From positions 18,262,912-18,326,911 of the forward strand of contig NC_092675.1 in assembly GCF_964355755.1 (NCBI RefSeq): a stretch of DNA of 64,000 bases, in the 5' to 3' direction. The notes beneath the pieces were generated by a model. It was not told the DNA's origin and searched no databases. It was given only the letters and a program-made list of their open reading frames with translations. The position numbers and the translations under genes were made by a program. Shown in pieces: positions 41,901 to 49,762 of the stretch (position 1 is its first letter; each line of letters starts with the position of its first letter). This stretch comes from Antedon mediterranea (Eukaryota > Animalia > Echinodermata).

Positions 41901-44035
41901 TATAATTATATTATAATCATGAATCATTCCTAATTCAAATGCAAAATGTGCAAAATAGATGAAAAACTACACTCGTTTTGTAGTAATACGAATATGACTG
42001 GTGATATTCGTCAACACGAATACGCTTTACGGTTATGAAATAGGGATCCCAGCTCAAAAGTTTCACAAATGTATGACGTATCCGTTTTCGTTATCGTATT
42101 CGTAAGGTTGCGAAACCTCCCTATTAACTAGCAACTAGCACGTATGCAACAATTTGAGACCCTGAGGTTACATCTTATATTATTGAATTCAATACAATAA
42201 TTTTTACTTGCTGTACAGTGTTTGTAGAATATAAGGTCTTCAATAGAAAAAAATTTGTTAAAGATAAATTGAAATACAGTAGGCCTTCCATGGATGTAAT
42301 TGTGCTAGGTGGAGGTGGGCATTAGCACCCATTTTCAAAGTCTTCCACTCAGCCTAAAGCTTATTTTAACGCCTTCTTAACACAGCCTAATTTCAATACA
42401 GCACCCTCCCAAGAATCTTTTGGTCACCTGTTTTATGTTTGTCCCACCCGCAACTTATCTAACTACTGTACATCAATGAGTACTAAATAATAGATTTATT
42501 ATATTTGTTATAATATTGTAAAATAAATTCTTGTTGTCATTGCTTGTTTTAAGCTGTGATATTTTAGAGTAAGTATTTTGAAATGATGTAAACAAAATTT
42601 AAGTAAAATAAATGAATGTATGTGTCCTGAAAAATGTATGCAAGCGAGTAATGTAATGTTTGCATGTGTTGGAAGATCAGAAATGTTGTAGTAGAACTGC
42701 ATAATGTTTATGTATAAAAGCATATAGATTACAAGTCAATGTTTTCTCTTATTGCAGGGAACACCTGGTTTACCTGGAGAAAAGGTAAGTGTTTATATAT
42801 AATCTGTATTTCCATTCTTCAAAAAAATAAAATTATTTTTTGCTCCACTTTATATTAAAAATACGAAAAGTGTACATTTATTGGTAATATATTGTGTTGC
42901 TACTAGCATCAACATTAATATCGGCATATAAATACACCTTTTACTAATGTTAAAATACATTTTGGTTCTTTTTTGTAGGGAGACAAAGGTAGGCGTGGTA
43001 AGAAGGGTATGAAAGGTGAGAGAGGAAATGCCGGTGTTCCTGGCTTGGATGCTCCCTGTCCTGTTGTAAGTTTATCTATTACAGTTGGGTATTTGCTAAG
43101 CTCTGTCTACACTATCAAACTTTATGTGACAATATAATGTGATGCGCCCATATATGGACATGATGATATCACTACCATATTTGGGCATATCACTACCATA
43201 TTTTGGCACATCACACTTTTTTTGTCAAACTAGTTTGATAGTGTACACAGAGCATTAGGTCTGTTACTAGTCAGTTGACATGATTATATTTTATCCTAAT
43301 TTTGTTACCTTGTTGATCAGCAATGATTTTAATTTAAATAAATGCTTTTTTGTAGCCTGGTAGATCTTGACTTCCAATCCCAAGGTCCTAGCTCTAGCTC
43401 AGGGTTGTAAATTTAAAGGACAACTTGACCGAGGACCATATTTTAACAACGTCTTAGGGATGTACATATGATTTCAGAACAATCGCGAGATTAAGGATAT
43501 CGCCAGACGCAAATATAAATGTTGACATTTTTTCCTGTTTCTTTTGCCTATCTGGATATTGAAGTGTTTCTTTAAAATACCAGACTAAACATTCTGGCAA
43601 ATTTAAGCCTAATACAGGTTAAATTAGCAATTGAAGTGATGGTACCTATCTCATTGAAAACTCATTAAGTAGATTTTGCAATGCACCATTGACGTCACAG
43701 CAATTGACGGCGACGGCTGTACGGCGAGCGCGTGCGACGATAAAAATATGGTCCTCGGTCAAGATGCCCTTTAAGCTCTGTCTACAATATAAACCCTGTC
43801 TACACTATAAACCAAGTTTGACAAAAAAAGTGCCCAAATATGGTCTATATTCAAATATGGTAGTGATATAATATTTCCATATTATATGGGCACATCACAT
43901 TTTTTGTCACATAAAGTTTGATAGTGTAAACAGAGCTTTTATGAGATTAATAAAAATAAAATGATTACTATTATTATTTTCTCAAAGGGTGAGGATGGCT
44001 TACCGATCAAAGGATGTTTCCCAGGAAGAAGATAG
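1382..44035 (+). CDS. MACIT-family transmembrane collagen (collagen XIII/XXIII/XXV / col-99-like), 5'-incomplete; 29 coding exons, about 677 aa in window
   Basis: Chain of AG..GT-bounded Gly-X-Y exons that join in frame. Contains GFPGFPGPIGGDG (cf. COL13A1 GFPGFPGPIGLDG) and C-terminal GLDAPCPV|[15 protein letters not shown] (cf. COL13A1 [21 protein letters not shown]), with short non-collagenous interruptions. Confidence 0.93.
1946..1971 (+). CDS. Collagen exon (G)LKGDGGVP, phase 1-0
   Basis: tctttcag|gattg...gttccg|gtata; 26 bp. Confidence 0.82.
8852..8884 (+). CDS. Collagen non-collagenous micro-exon [11 protein letters not shown]
   Basis: Long pyrimidine tract ttttcag|, strong donor cag|gtaagt, 33 bp, phase 0-0 fits neighbours. 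Confidence 0.65.
9721..11305. mobile_element. Non-autonomous Kolobok-type DNA transposon (~1.6 kb)
   Basis: TTAA at 9717-9720 and 11306-11309; 22-bp TIR agggggattctgggtttaaaat / attttaaacccggaacccccct (2 mismatches); AG...CT termini. Confidence 0.8.
13858..14879 (+). mobile_element. Penelope-like retroelement (Poseidon-type), 5'-truncated and internally deleted, with inverted pseudo-LTR
   Basis: RT remnants [32 protein letters not shown]; GIY-YIG C-terminus RIKEH...SAITDH...[21 protein letters not shown]. 13893-14058 is the reverse complement of 14714-14879; flanking acaaatcattatt is duplicated. Confidence 0.9.
14930..15090 (-). mobile_element. Degenerate tRNA-derived SINE fragment
   Basis: Minus-strand B-box-like gggttcaatcc at ~15048-15058; boundaries approximate. 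Confidence 0.35.
19351..19715 (+). mobile_element. Degenerate Meta/Deu-type SINE with 5S-like plus tRNA-like head
   Basis: ggagacctggaaagatcggtgttgta (5S 3' end-like), B box gggttcgatcc, central ggatgggatttaaagcagttggtc...aaagaacc...ggaaagagcagg resembling the Meta domain. Confidence 0.6.
20531..20599 (+). CDS. Collagen exon [23 protein letters not shown]
   Basis: ggcag|...|gtaagt; 69 bp. Confidence 0.85.
20803..20838 (+). CDS. Collagen exon [12 protein letters not shown]
   Basis: ttttag|...ccg|gtttgt; 36 bp. Confidence 0.88.
21237..21254 (+). CDS. Collagen micro-exon GPIGGD
   Basis: tttcag|...|gtaagt; 18 bp. Confidence 0.88.
21590..21625 (+). CDS. Collagen exon [12 protein letters not shown]
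   Basis: ttgtag|...|gtaagt; 36 bp. Confidence 0.9.
22291..22344 (+). CDS. Collagen exon [18 protein letters not shown]
   Basis: cacag|...aag|gtaaat; 54 bp. Confidence 0.9.
22400..22950 (-). mobile_element. 5'-truncated CR1/L2-clade LINE (ORF2 C-terminal region)
   Basis: ORF 22359-23000: [15 protein letters not shown]...[12 protein letters not shown]...[11 protein letters not shown]...DLIQTFKI...TRGN...[10 protein letters not shown]. Confidence 0.9.
23099..23134 (+). CDS. Collagen exon [12 protein letters not shown]
   Basis: catag|...|gtaagc; 36 bp. Confidence 0.9.
23642..23770 (+). CDS. Collagen exon [17 protein letters not shown]...GAPGLQ
   Basis: aatag|...|gtaagt; 129 bp. Confidence 0.9.
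24238..24264 (+). CDS. Collagen exon GSDGAPGKP
   Basis: ttacag|...|gtaagt; 27 bp. Confidence 0.9.
24522..24577 (+). ncRNA. Type I hammerhead ribozyme with intact core
   Basis: aatc-tgagc-TGCA / CTGACGA / GATC-taatac-GATC / GAAA / CAG-ta-CTG / TC^ / TGCA-gatt. All core nucleotides are present and stems I-III pair. Confidence 0.9.
25451..26077 (+). CDS. Large collagen exon, 209 aa Gly-X-Y (GVIGQP...GENGEK)
   Basis: ctacag|...aag|gtaggg; 627 bp; core of ORF 25418-26104. Confidence 0.95.
26332..26656. mobile_element. Kolobok-type MITE (325 bp)
   Basis: TTAA flanks; perfect 16-bp TIR agatgtattgtccccc / gggggacaatacatct. Confidence 0.85.
26868..26903. repeat. (TTA)n microsatellite
   Basis: About 12 ttA units. 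Confidence 0.9.
27139..27165 (+). CDS. Collagen exon GEPGPPGDQ
   Basis: ctacag|...cag|gtatta; 27 bp. Confidence 0.88.
27501..28121. mobile_element. Kolobok-type non-autonomous element (621 bp)
   Basis: TTAA at 27497-27500 and 28122-28125; TIR agcccccttccct / agggaaggggtct. Confidence 0.78.
28311..28340 (+). CDS. Collagen non-collagenous micro-exon [10 protein letters not shown]
   Basis: Pyrimidine tract, ctcag|...cag|gtaagt; 30 bp, phase 0-0. Confidence 0.72.
28606..28741. mobile_element. Degenerate Tc1/mariner-pogo-like MITE (related fragment at ~3155-3285)
   Basis: agtagaac-tctattaaggggaca ... tgtcc-aaattacaggttctactg imperfect terminal inverted repeats. Confidence 0.45.
28844..28888 (+). 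CDS. Collagen exon [15 protein letters not shown]
   Basis: gaag|...aag|gtaagt; 45 bp. Confidence 0.9.
30758..30820 (+). CDS. Collagen exon [21 protein letters not shown]
   Basis: cttag|...|gtatgt; 63 bp. Confidence 0.9.
31677..33175 (-). CDS. Gypsy RNase H C-terminus and integrase (frameshifted from upstream ORF)
   Basis: RLQRWAIVL...[12 protein letters not shown] zinc finger (LHCAHPG...CQAC), DDE core (HIDY, SDNGPQF, AERMV). Confidence 0.93.
33034..35568 (-). CDS. Gypsy Gag-protease-RT-partial RNase H
   Basis: Two CCHC knuckles ([28 protein letters not shown]), VDTGAA protease, [10 protein letters not shown] / IMDDVLV RT, TDASPYG RNase H start; frameshift near 33178. Confidence 0.93.
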   Translation of the reverse strand: MAAANTRILFEEFNVQDGDIDTYVDRLEQYFVALDINDGGKKRAILLSSLGETGYTTIRDLCFPDKPSTKSYDTLTTKLKEHYKPTRITISERFIFRNVKQTPGQTISQFVSHLKKKAIHCGFEGEALENALRDQFVCGLISQSIQKKLLTKNHTFKEATDIAIASEAATANMKSMSHDVDKPINHVTSNSRKSTKTYQASKQTRTQKCDRCGMNNHTRDTCKYKNATCFKCNKQGHLKSECRQSSKSTKQYKPKSIKQVEAPDYDEGNDDFVDTMFCVGIKQDNSVPPITVQMRVDDIDIDFEVDTGAAVSIISFDDYESKLSHLPLKSVKRTLHAYTGTKLDIAGEIKVTVNYRGQSNVLPLIVVRTQRRNSPPLLGRTWLEVIKLDWKSLFPPSLAQNSVEIDNDVGQSFKRKFPEVFRTELGTVQGHKATLHLKVNAIPKFCKARNVPFALRSAVEVELDRMQNEGVIYPVDFSQWATPLVCIPKADGRVRVCGDYKVTVNPSLNCDQYPIPTPEEVFTKLGGGKRFSKIDLKCAYQQLVLEDEAQELVTINTHRGLYRYTRLPFGISSSPAIWQRFIEQVIAGLKGTCAIMDDVLVTGASDKEHISNLEKLFERFNKYGLRVKAEKCAFVQKEVVYMGRKLSAAGIQPTNDKVKAIKDARAPQNATELRSWLGLVNYHASFIPRLSTMIHPLNELLGSKPWSWTVDCSKAFNAVKRIISEDMMLTHYDPLKPLELYTDASPYGVGAVICHVNENNIKTPIAYASRSLHKHEKGYAQLDKEALSIMFGLQRFRTEITAMGNRAVSVRIRFKVHSWKTERNCRRTLTSPNAIRRTGRRCSI
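36534..36638 (+). CDS. Collagen exon GDKGEQ...GQQGDR
   Basis: tatag|...|gtaagt; 105 bp. Confidence 0.9.
36734..36778 (+). CDS. Collagen exon [15 protein letters not shown]
   Basis: gaag|...|gtgaga; 45 bp. Confidence 0.9.
36922..36957 (+). CDS. Collagen exon [12 protein letters not shown]
   Basis: tttag|...|gtaagt; 36 bp. Confidence 0.9.
37052..37527. repeat. 70-bp minisatellite, ~7 copies
   Basis: tagtgtgggt recurs at 37071, 37141, 37211, 37281, 37351, 37421, 37491. Confidence 0.95.
38162..38290. mobile_element. PIF/Harbinger-like MITE family member (other copies ~1575-1682, 15216-15376, 17640-17782, 43098-43254, 43773-43938, 62018-62100)
   Basis: TIR agctctgtctacactatcaaact / agtttgatagtgtagacagagct, TAA/TTA flanks, internal atatcactaccatatttggg repeats. 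Confidence 0.8.
38381..38410 (+). CDS. Collagen interruption exon [10 protein letters not shown]
   Basis: ttttag|...|gtaagt; 30 bp. Confidence 0.8.
39455..39487 (+). CDS. Collagen exon [11 protein letters not shown]
   Basis: aacag|...|gtgagt; 33 bp. Confidence 0.88.
39531..39822 (+). mobile_element. Penelope-like pLTR/retrozyme remnant with decayed hammerhead (copy 1)
   Basis: tgca-ctaatga-aggactagtgttgccc-gaaa-gctc at 39651-39685; ~170 bp shared with 44192-44361; ends in (TA)n. Confidence 0.65.
39943..39996 (+). CDS. Collagen exon [18 protein letters not shown]
   Basis: tctag|...|gtgaga; 54 bp. Confidence 0.9.
40249..40299 (+). CDS. Collagen exon [17 protein letters not shown]
   Basis: tttag|...|gtaaag; 51 bp. 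Confidence 0.9.
40431..40493 (+). CDS. Collagen exon [21 protein letters not shown]
   Basis: aacag|...|gtaatt; 63 bp. Confidence 0.9.
40861..40932 (+). CDS. Collagen exon [24 protein letters not shown]
   Basis: tttag|...|gtaagt; 72 bp. Confidence 0.9.
41273..41299 (+). CDS. Collagen exon GGEGFVGKP
   Basis: aacag|...|gtaagc; 27 bp. Confidence 0.88.
41614..42125. mobile_element. MITE with ~50-bp TIRs (Harbinger/ISL2EU-like)
   Basis: aatagagaggtttcgcaatcttacgaatacgataacgaaaacggatacgtcat is near-perfectly inverted at 42073-42125. Confidence 0.85.
42758..42784 (+). CDS. Collagen exon GTPGLPGEK
   Basis: tgcag|...|gtaagt; 27 bp. Confidence 0.9.
42979..43065 (+). CDS. Collagen exon [29 protein letters not shown]
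   Basis: tgtag|...|gtaagt; 87 bp; start of MACIT C-terminal NC domain. Confidence 0.93.
43417..43770. mobile_element. Kolobok-type MITE (354 bp)
   Basis: TTAA flanks; TIR aggacaacttgaccgaggaccatatttt / aaaatatggtcctcggtcaagatgccct. Confidence 0.82.
43988..44035 (+). CDS. Last coding collagen exon [15 protein letters not shown]
   Basis: caaag|...TAG. A donor gtaagt at 44045 follows 9 nt after the stop; probable 3'UTR exon acceptor ttttag at 44882-44887. Confidence 0.92.
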   Translation, partial: GEDGLPIKGCFPGRR

Positions 44036-44191
44036 TGATTACTGGTAAGTATTTTGTACAGTAGTAAATATATTTGTTTATTAGGTATACAGGTCTCTCT
44101 CCAAAGAAAGATGTTTAGGCAGATGTTATTGTTAGTTGATTGTTAACATTGATTGATCTAAATGTTTGTTAGGACCATACATATATATATA

Positions 44192-44361
44192 TGCACTGAA
44201 GAGCTAGTGTTGCCCGAAAGCTCTGCTAACTTTCCTGGCTGTTTTACTTTATCGTTTTGATTTAGCTTTTTTAGCTTTTTTTTTCGTACAGTATTTCCAT
44301 TGAGATCCAGCCACTGATACCAACAGCATTGTCATTTTTTCAGTAATTTGCCTTTGGATTT
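44192..44361 (+). mobile_element. Penelope-like pLTR/retrozyme remnant with minimal hammerhead motif (copy 2), between (TA)n tracts
   Basis: tgca-ctgaaga-gctagtgttgccc-gaaa-gctc-tgc at 44192-44227. Confidence 0.68.
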
Positions 44362-44466
44362 ATATATATATATATATATATATATACAGGACTAGTGCTG
44401 TTCCGCCGTACCACGCTGAGAATGTTAAAGAGTCGCTATCCAATCGAGTTTGAACAATACCATGAA

Positions 44467-44520
44467 GGCCCCAGTGGTCTAATGGTTAGGACATCTGCAT
44501 ATCAAGCAGGCGGTTGGGGC
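44467..44520 (+). pseudogene. tRNA-derived fragment (tRNA-Arg-like 5' half) in a (TA)n-flanked repeat
   Basis: gccccagtggtctaatggttaggaca-tctgc-atatcaa-gcagg: A box and anticodon-like stem; T arm missing. Confidence 0.5.
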
Positions 44521-46339
44521 GATTTTTTCTCATTCTCACAGATTTCTTCATCTTTATCGTTTCAAATTAATTAATTAAATTTTAGTATTTAACCGGGTGG
44601 TTTAGAATTAATGTTCTTTACCTGATTTGTTTATATATATATATATACATATATACGTAATATGGTTTCTTAATTAGATTTGGAGTACCATGATTAAAGG
44701 TGTTTGCATTAAATGCAGGTTTTGTTTTTACTGTGGAAATCAATAATCAATCAATTAAAACAGCTATTATCTATTGTTCTTATTTTGTATGTACTAGTCC
44801 TTATATTCCATCTACTTTTGTGGTAATTATTTGGGAATATTGTAGCATAATTAAAATAGTTATTAATATCTATTGTTCTTATTTTAGATTGTCAGACAAT
44901 ATTGTACATAAAGAAGAGTGATGACAGAGTTTATTTTTATTGCAAGCATAACCACCATTCTTGTATATACATTCAGCTTTAAGTTTGTAAAGTTTGAAAT
45001 TATAAAGGAATTGCCAGAATACTAATTGCTCTGTTGAATGGGTATGTGCTAACTATCATGACGCTAAAATAGGAGGAAACCTGGCAATTAAAAAAAAACA
45101 GAAATTGGCAAACAATTAAGAAGATGGTGTCTTGTCACGATGAAGCGCAGTATTAATTATTGAACAATCTGAGACTAAGATTAAGATTGTGGTATACTGC
45201 TTATAATAGCATGCCATCAGACTATCCTCTGGTAAGGTTTTCTTAACGTAAGCAAATACAAAACCTACAACAGCAGAGGATGTAAGCAGATAATTTGCAT
45301 ATGCAAGAGTTATCATATGACACCAGTGTATTAAGAATATAAGAAGACTATATGAAGTATTAATACATTATAGATGGTATATTATTATCAGTTATATAGA
45401 GAATGTAAACGAGTGGTACATAAAAATGATGCTAAATATTTGTGATATATATATTCTGTATATAATATATAAAGTATTTCTTGAAGCCCTGATCATGTGT
45501 TGATTTACTTTAAACAACATTAAATCTATGCAAACATATTTAGGAATTTAAAAAATACAGCAAAAAGGCACAAATGTATTTTGAGATGAGCAAAAACATT
45601 GTAAAGCATTCAAATTGTTTTCAAATAGTATTTATTGAATAATTGTTAAATTGGTTCATAAAAAGTGCTAAAATGTCTTATTTTAAAGTATACCATATTT
45701 TATTCAGGGGAAAGCCCCCATTGTGAAATTTAATTATAATGATAACATTAAATGCCTGCCTTCATTAAAAAAATTATAAACATTTTAGAAATATTTATTA
45801 TAGAATTTTTAACCATATAAAAGTCAAGTAATTGTTATGGGTAATGTTAACTTAGGAATTTAATCACATTTTATGAATATTTATTATAAACAACTCGCCA
45901 CATCTTGCACCTAAACAAATCATGTATACAGATCCGTGGAGATCTAATGTTTATAGTAATGTTATTATTAATGTTGTTGGATATGGAATTCAATTAGTGT
46001 TTCAGTATTATTGTTTATAAATTTTTTTGCAAAGCCAAAATATATGATAAAAATTGTAAATAAAGCTGTACAGTATTTTATTAAGTTTTAGGTAAATTTT
46101 AGACAAGTATTTCCATTTTTAATTATTTCTTTATTTTTTATATATTTTTTTTAAATGGTGTCAGTATGTTGGATTGTTGGCAATCTACACAGTGAAGCTG
46201 AAGAACATGTGTATATATATTATTGGTGTTAAAAATACCAAATTTTAACATTAAAAGTGAAATTAAACTTAAGTAGTATTTATTATAAATATAAAATGTG
46301 TATATTTAAGTTTTATTTACAAATTAACGAAACACCTAA

Positions 46340-46646
46340 AATATACATTTGTTAAAGTTTAATTCACCTACTAAATTGCTATGTTAATGATCAATATTTT
46401 AATATACATTTGTTAAAGTTTAATTCACCTACTAAATTACTATGTTAATGATCAATATTTTAATATACATTTGTTAAAGTTTAATTCACCTACTAAATTA
46501 CTATGTTAATGATCAATATTTTAATATACATTTTTTAAAGTTTAATTCACCTACTAAATTACTATGTTAATGATCAATATTTTAATATACATTTTTTAAA
46601 GTTTAATTCACCTACTAAATTGCTATGTTAATGATCAATATTTTAA
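46340..46646. repeat. 61-bp minisatellite, 5 copies, in probable collagen 3'UTR
   Basis: aatatacatt recurs at 46340, 46401, 46462, 46523, 46584. Confidence 0.95.
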
Positions 46647-49600
46647 TGTTTGTACAGAAAATTCCTGAACACAAAATACTGTAGATAATAAACAAGTTAA
46701 TATAATGTTTTTGACTTCCAAATGTAGGATATATTGTAATTAGTTTTGGATAGGCCTATTGTTTTGTTTATTCCAAATATGTGCACCTTATGTGTAATCA
46801 ACTGGGCCGTTTTGAGCAGATAAGCCATATTTGACTGGGATGTTTTGAGCAAATCTAGCCCCCCTTGCTGTTCATATGCAAGCAGTGGGAGTAGCTCAAT
46901 GCGAGGTGCTTGCGAGTGATCAGTTGAATACGCCTCCTATTGTCTTTGACATAATTTGCTATTTTATTATTAAAATGTATTTTCAATATATTGGTTCATT
47001 GCTGTTTATAAAACAGTGTTGTAAGTTAAAGTGGATCATGTGCACATCATAGTATAGTTGACAAAATATGAATGTTTATAGCTATAGAATGATGTTTATT
47101 AACAGATAATGGCTGAAAGTTGTGACTACACAATACCATATTTATGTGCATACATGTTCATTGTTGTATAAATACCTGTTATGGTTTGTTGTTTGTTTAC
47201 ATTTGTTAATTAATCATCCATTATAGAATAGTATTAATATGGTCGATTTACCAAATTTTGTAATTACACAGAAGATGTGTAATATATAGTATTTTAACTT
47301 CTTCTAACAAGCTTGCTATTGATTTCATTGTGTAATTGTTTTAAAGTAATATAAACTTGTTGTAGTAATGCAATCATATATGGTAATTAAAAATCATCAC
47401 TAACACATTTAGTTATAACTACATCATTACTAACACATTTGTCCTGATATTTTCTCAATTCAATTTTAAGTGTGTAAATTTGTTAGTGCTACAGTATTAC
47501 TATAAAGTGTCTAATAGCTAATTAGCTCTCAGCAGTAAAATTATAGATCTGCAAACCATGTAAATGTATTCAAAATAAATGCCTCTTTTCTGTGCATAAG
47601 TTTAAATGCAGTTGGTTTTATAAATGTCATCAATGTTATTACACGTTTATAGTTCTAATGGTTGAAAAGTGCTGTATTTGCCCATTACAACCTTCTCATA
47701 ATGCCTGTAGTACTAATCATGTTTCTTTACCAAATCCCCTTGGAACAATTGATCCAAAAAAGTTTAATTATTGGGGAGTGAAATACTATGGTTCTAAATC
47801 AATTAATGTCACTAGTTATTTTTATAATTATTTAATGAAAATGATGTTATTTTTACATAATGTATATTTATTATTTATAAACCAATAATCTAATTATAAA
47901 TTTTAAAGTAGTGGTCTATTATTGTTTTTTGAAGTAGAATATTTACAAAGGAAGGTTGTTTTAGCTTTCTAAGAAAAGGACACTGTTGATTATATGTGTT
48001 GGTGCTGTTAATGTTAAATTAAATAAAAACATTAAACAAATTTGAACTTCCAATATAATTTTTAATTATCTAAAACTTGTAATACACTTAATACATAAAA
48101 ACCTTGTTTACATAAAATCTGTTTTGAACATAAAACACTTTTATTAATTGATATCCTTTTATATTGAATCTAATTTAGACTGATCTGTGATATACATTTA
48201 AAAAATAGCATACAAATGACATTGTTCAGATAAAGCATACTTATATAAACATCTTTGATCTTATTGCATAACCATACTTATTAATAATAACATCCAATTG
48301 TTATTGTAGCCATTTGATTGAATCCGATTTATAAAGATGTTTGTTGTTATACATACTTAAACAAAATTAAAATGATATTGTTCAGTTAAAGTATCAATTT
48401 ATATTAAATCTGATTTTGGAAACATCTTTGATAGATGTTATTAATTAGTGCTTGTTATGTTTTTTGTTATAATACAAGCAGTGTGTCAACCCATGTATAG
48501 TGAATGTTCAACAGAACTTTCCAATATTAATAAAACAAGAATGTTAACAGAAACTGTCTAGTTAATTGTTTTAATTTTAGAAGAAAAATTACAATCATTA
48601 TATTTACAATCATTTCATTAAAACCAACACAATGATCAAATGTTTTTACACATTTTAAACATTCACTAAAAACTAAAAAACCTAAATAAATATACTGTAA
48701 TATCATTTTTATTTGATTTTTTATTAATTAAAGTAGAAAGAATTAATCTATTCTAGTAATCACCTGTTTGCAGAAATTAATTAATTAAAAATTAATTGAA
48801 TACTAAAAACAACCATACAAAAATGGTTTTAAATTATTTACATATTTCTATTCTAGTTAATCATTTAAACATTTCATTTGGCACCATATAAAAAAAGAAC
48901 CCATTTTAATACGTTCCTATACAATTTTTACGTAGACCACCAAGTTAAAATCTTATGTTATTATACATAAGCAAGAATACATTTTATTTCCATTAAACTA
49001 ATTAACTAAAAAAGGAATAGGAAAAAAATAGAATTTCTCTTTTTACTATTAATTTAAACCATCCTGCATTTTTCATAAATTTTAACAAGATAATTCATCT
49101 TCTCAACAAAAACATTTTTCTTAACAAAGCACATGACTACTTTTTTGTACAGTATTCTCTGTTTACATTAAAATACTTTGAAATGATTTTGCAACATTTA
49201 AAGTCTTAACTTTTTTGGATAAATATTTACAGGATTGCTATTGTACACTTGAAATGTGCATCAGTAGGCCAACTACAAACATGTTGATTGGTTTCTAATA
49301 CTGACCTTTCTTCATCAGCAACTACAGTGTTTAATACCATGTCACATAGTTCTTGATGGGCTAATGGGTCTTTTGATTTATCTAGAAAATAAATGTAAAT
49401 AAAAAATGATTCCATAATCTAGTAAAATAAGTTAAAAACACTATCAAGAATTGTAACCTAATTCTCTATTCTCAGATCTTCATTACATTATAGAGTAACG
49501 CTTATAGTCCAAAATATAGGATATAAGATGAATTCATTAGAAAAGTTGCCACATGGATGGATGGAAAACAGGGATAGAGAATCATCAATTCAAAGTACTG

Positions 49601-49762
49601 TACCAACAACATTGCTGATGTAATTTTTGCTTCAATTAAAAAAATACAGGGGAGAAGAAAGAGGATGCAATGTTCCTACAGTTGGCTGAAATGGTGTCTC
49701 TGTAATTGAGGCATAATTGAGGGCACATATAATGACGTCAATCCTTACTGTAATAATCCAGG

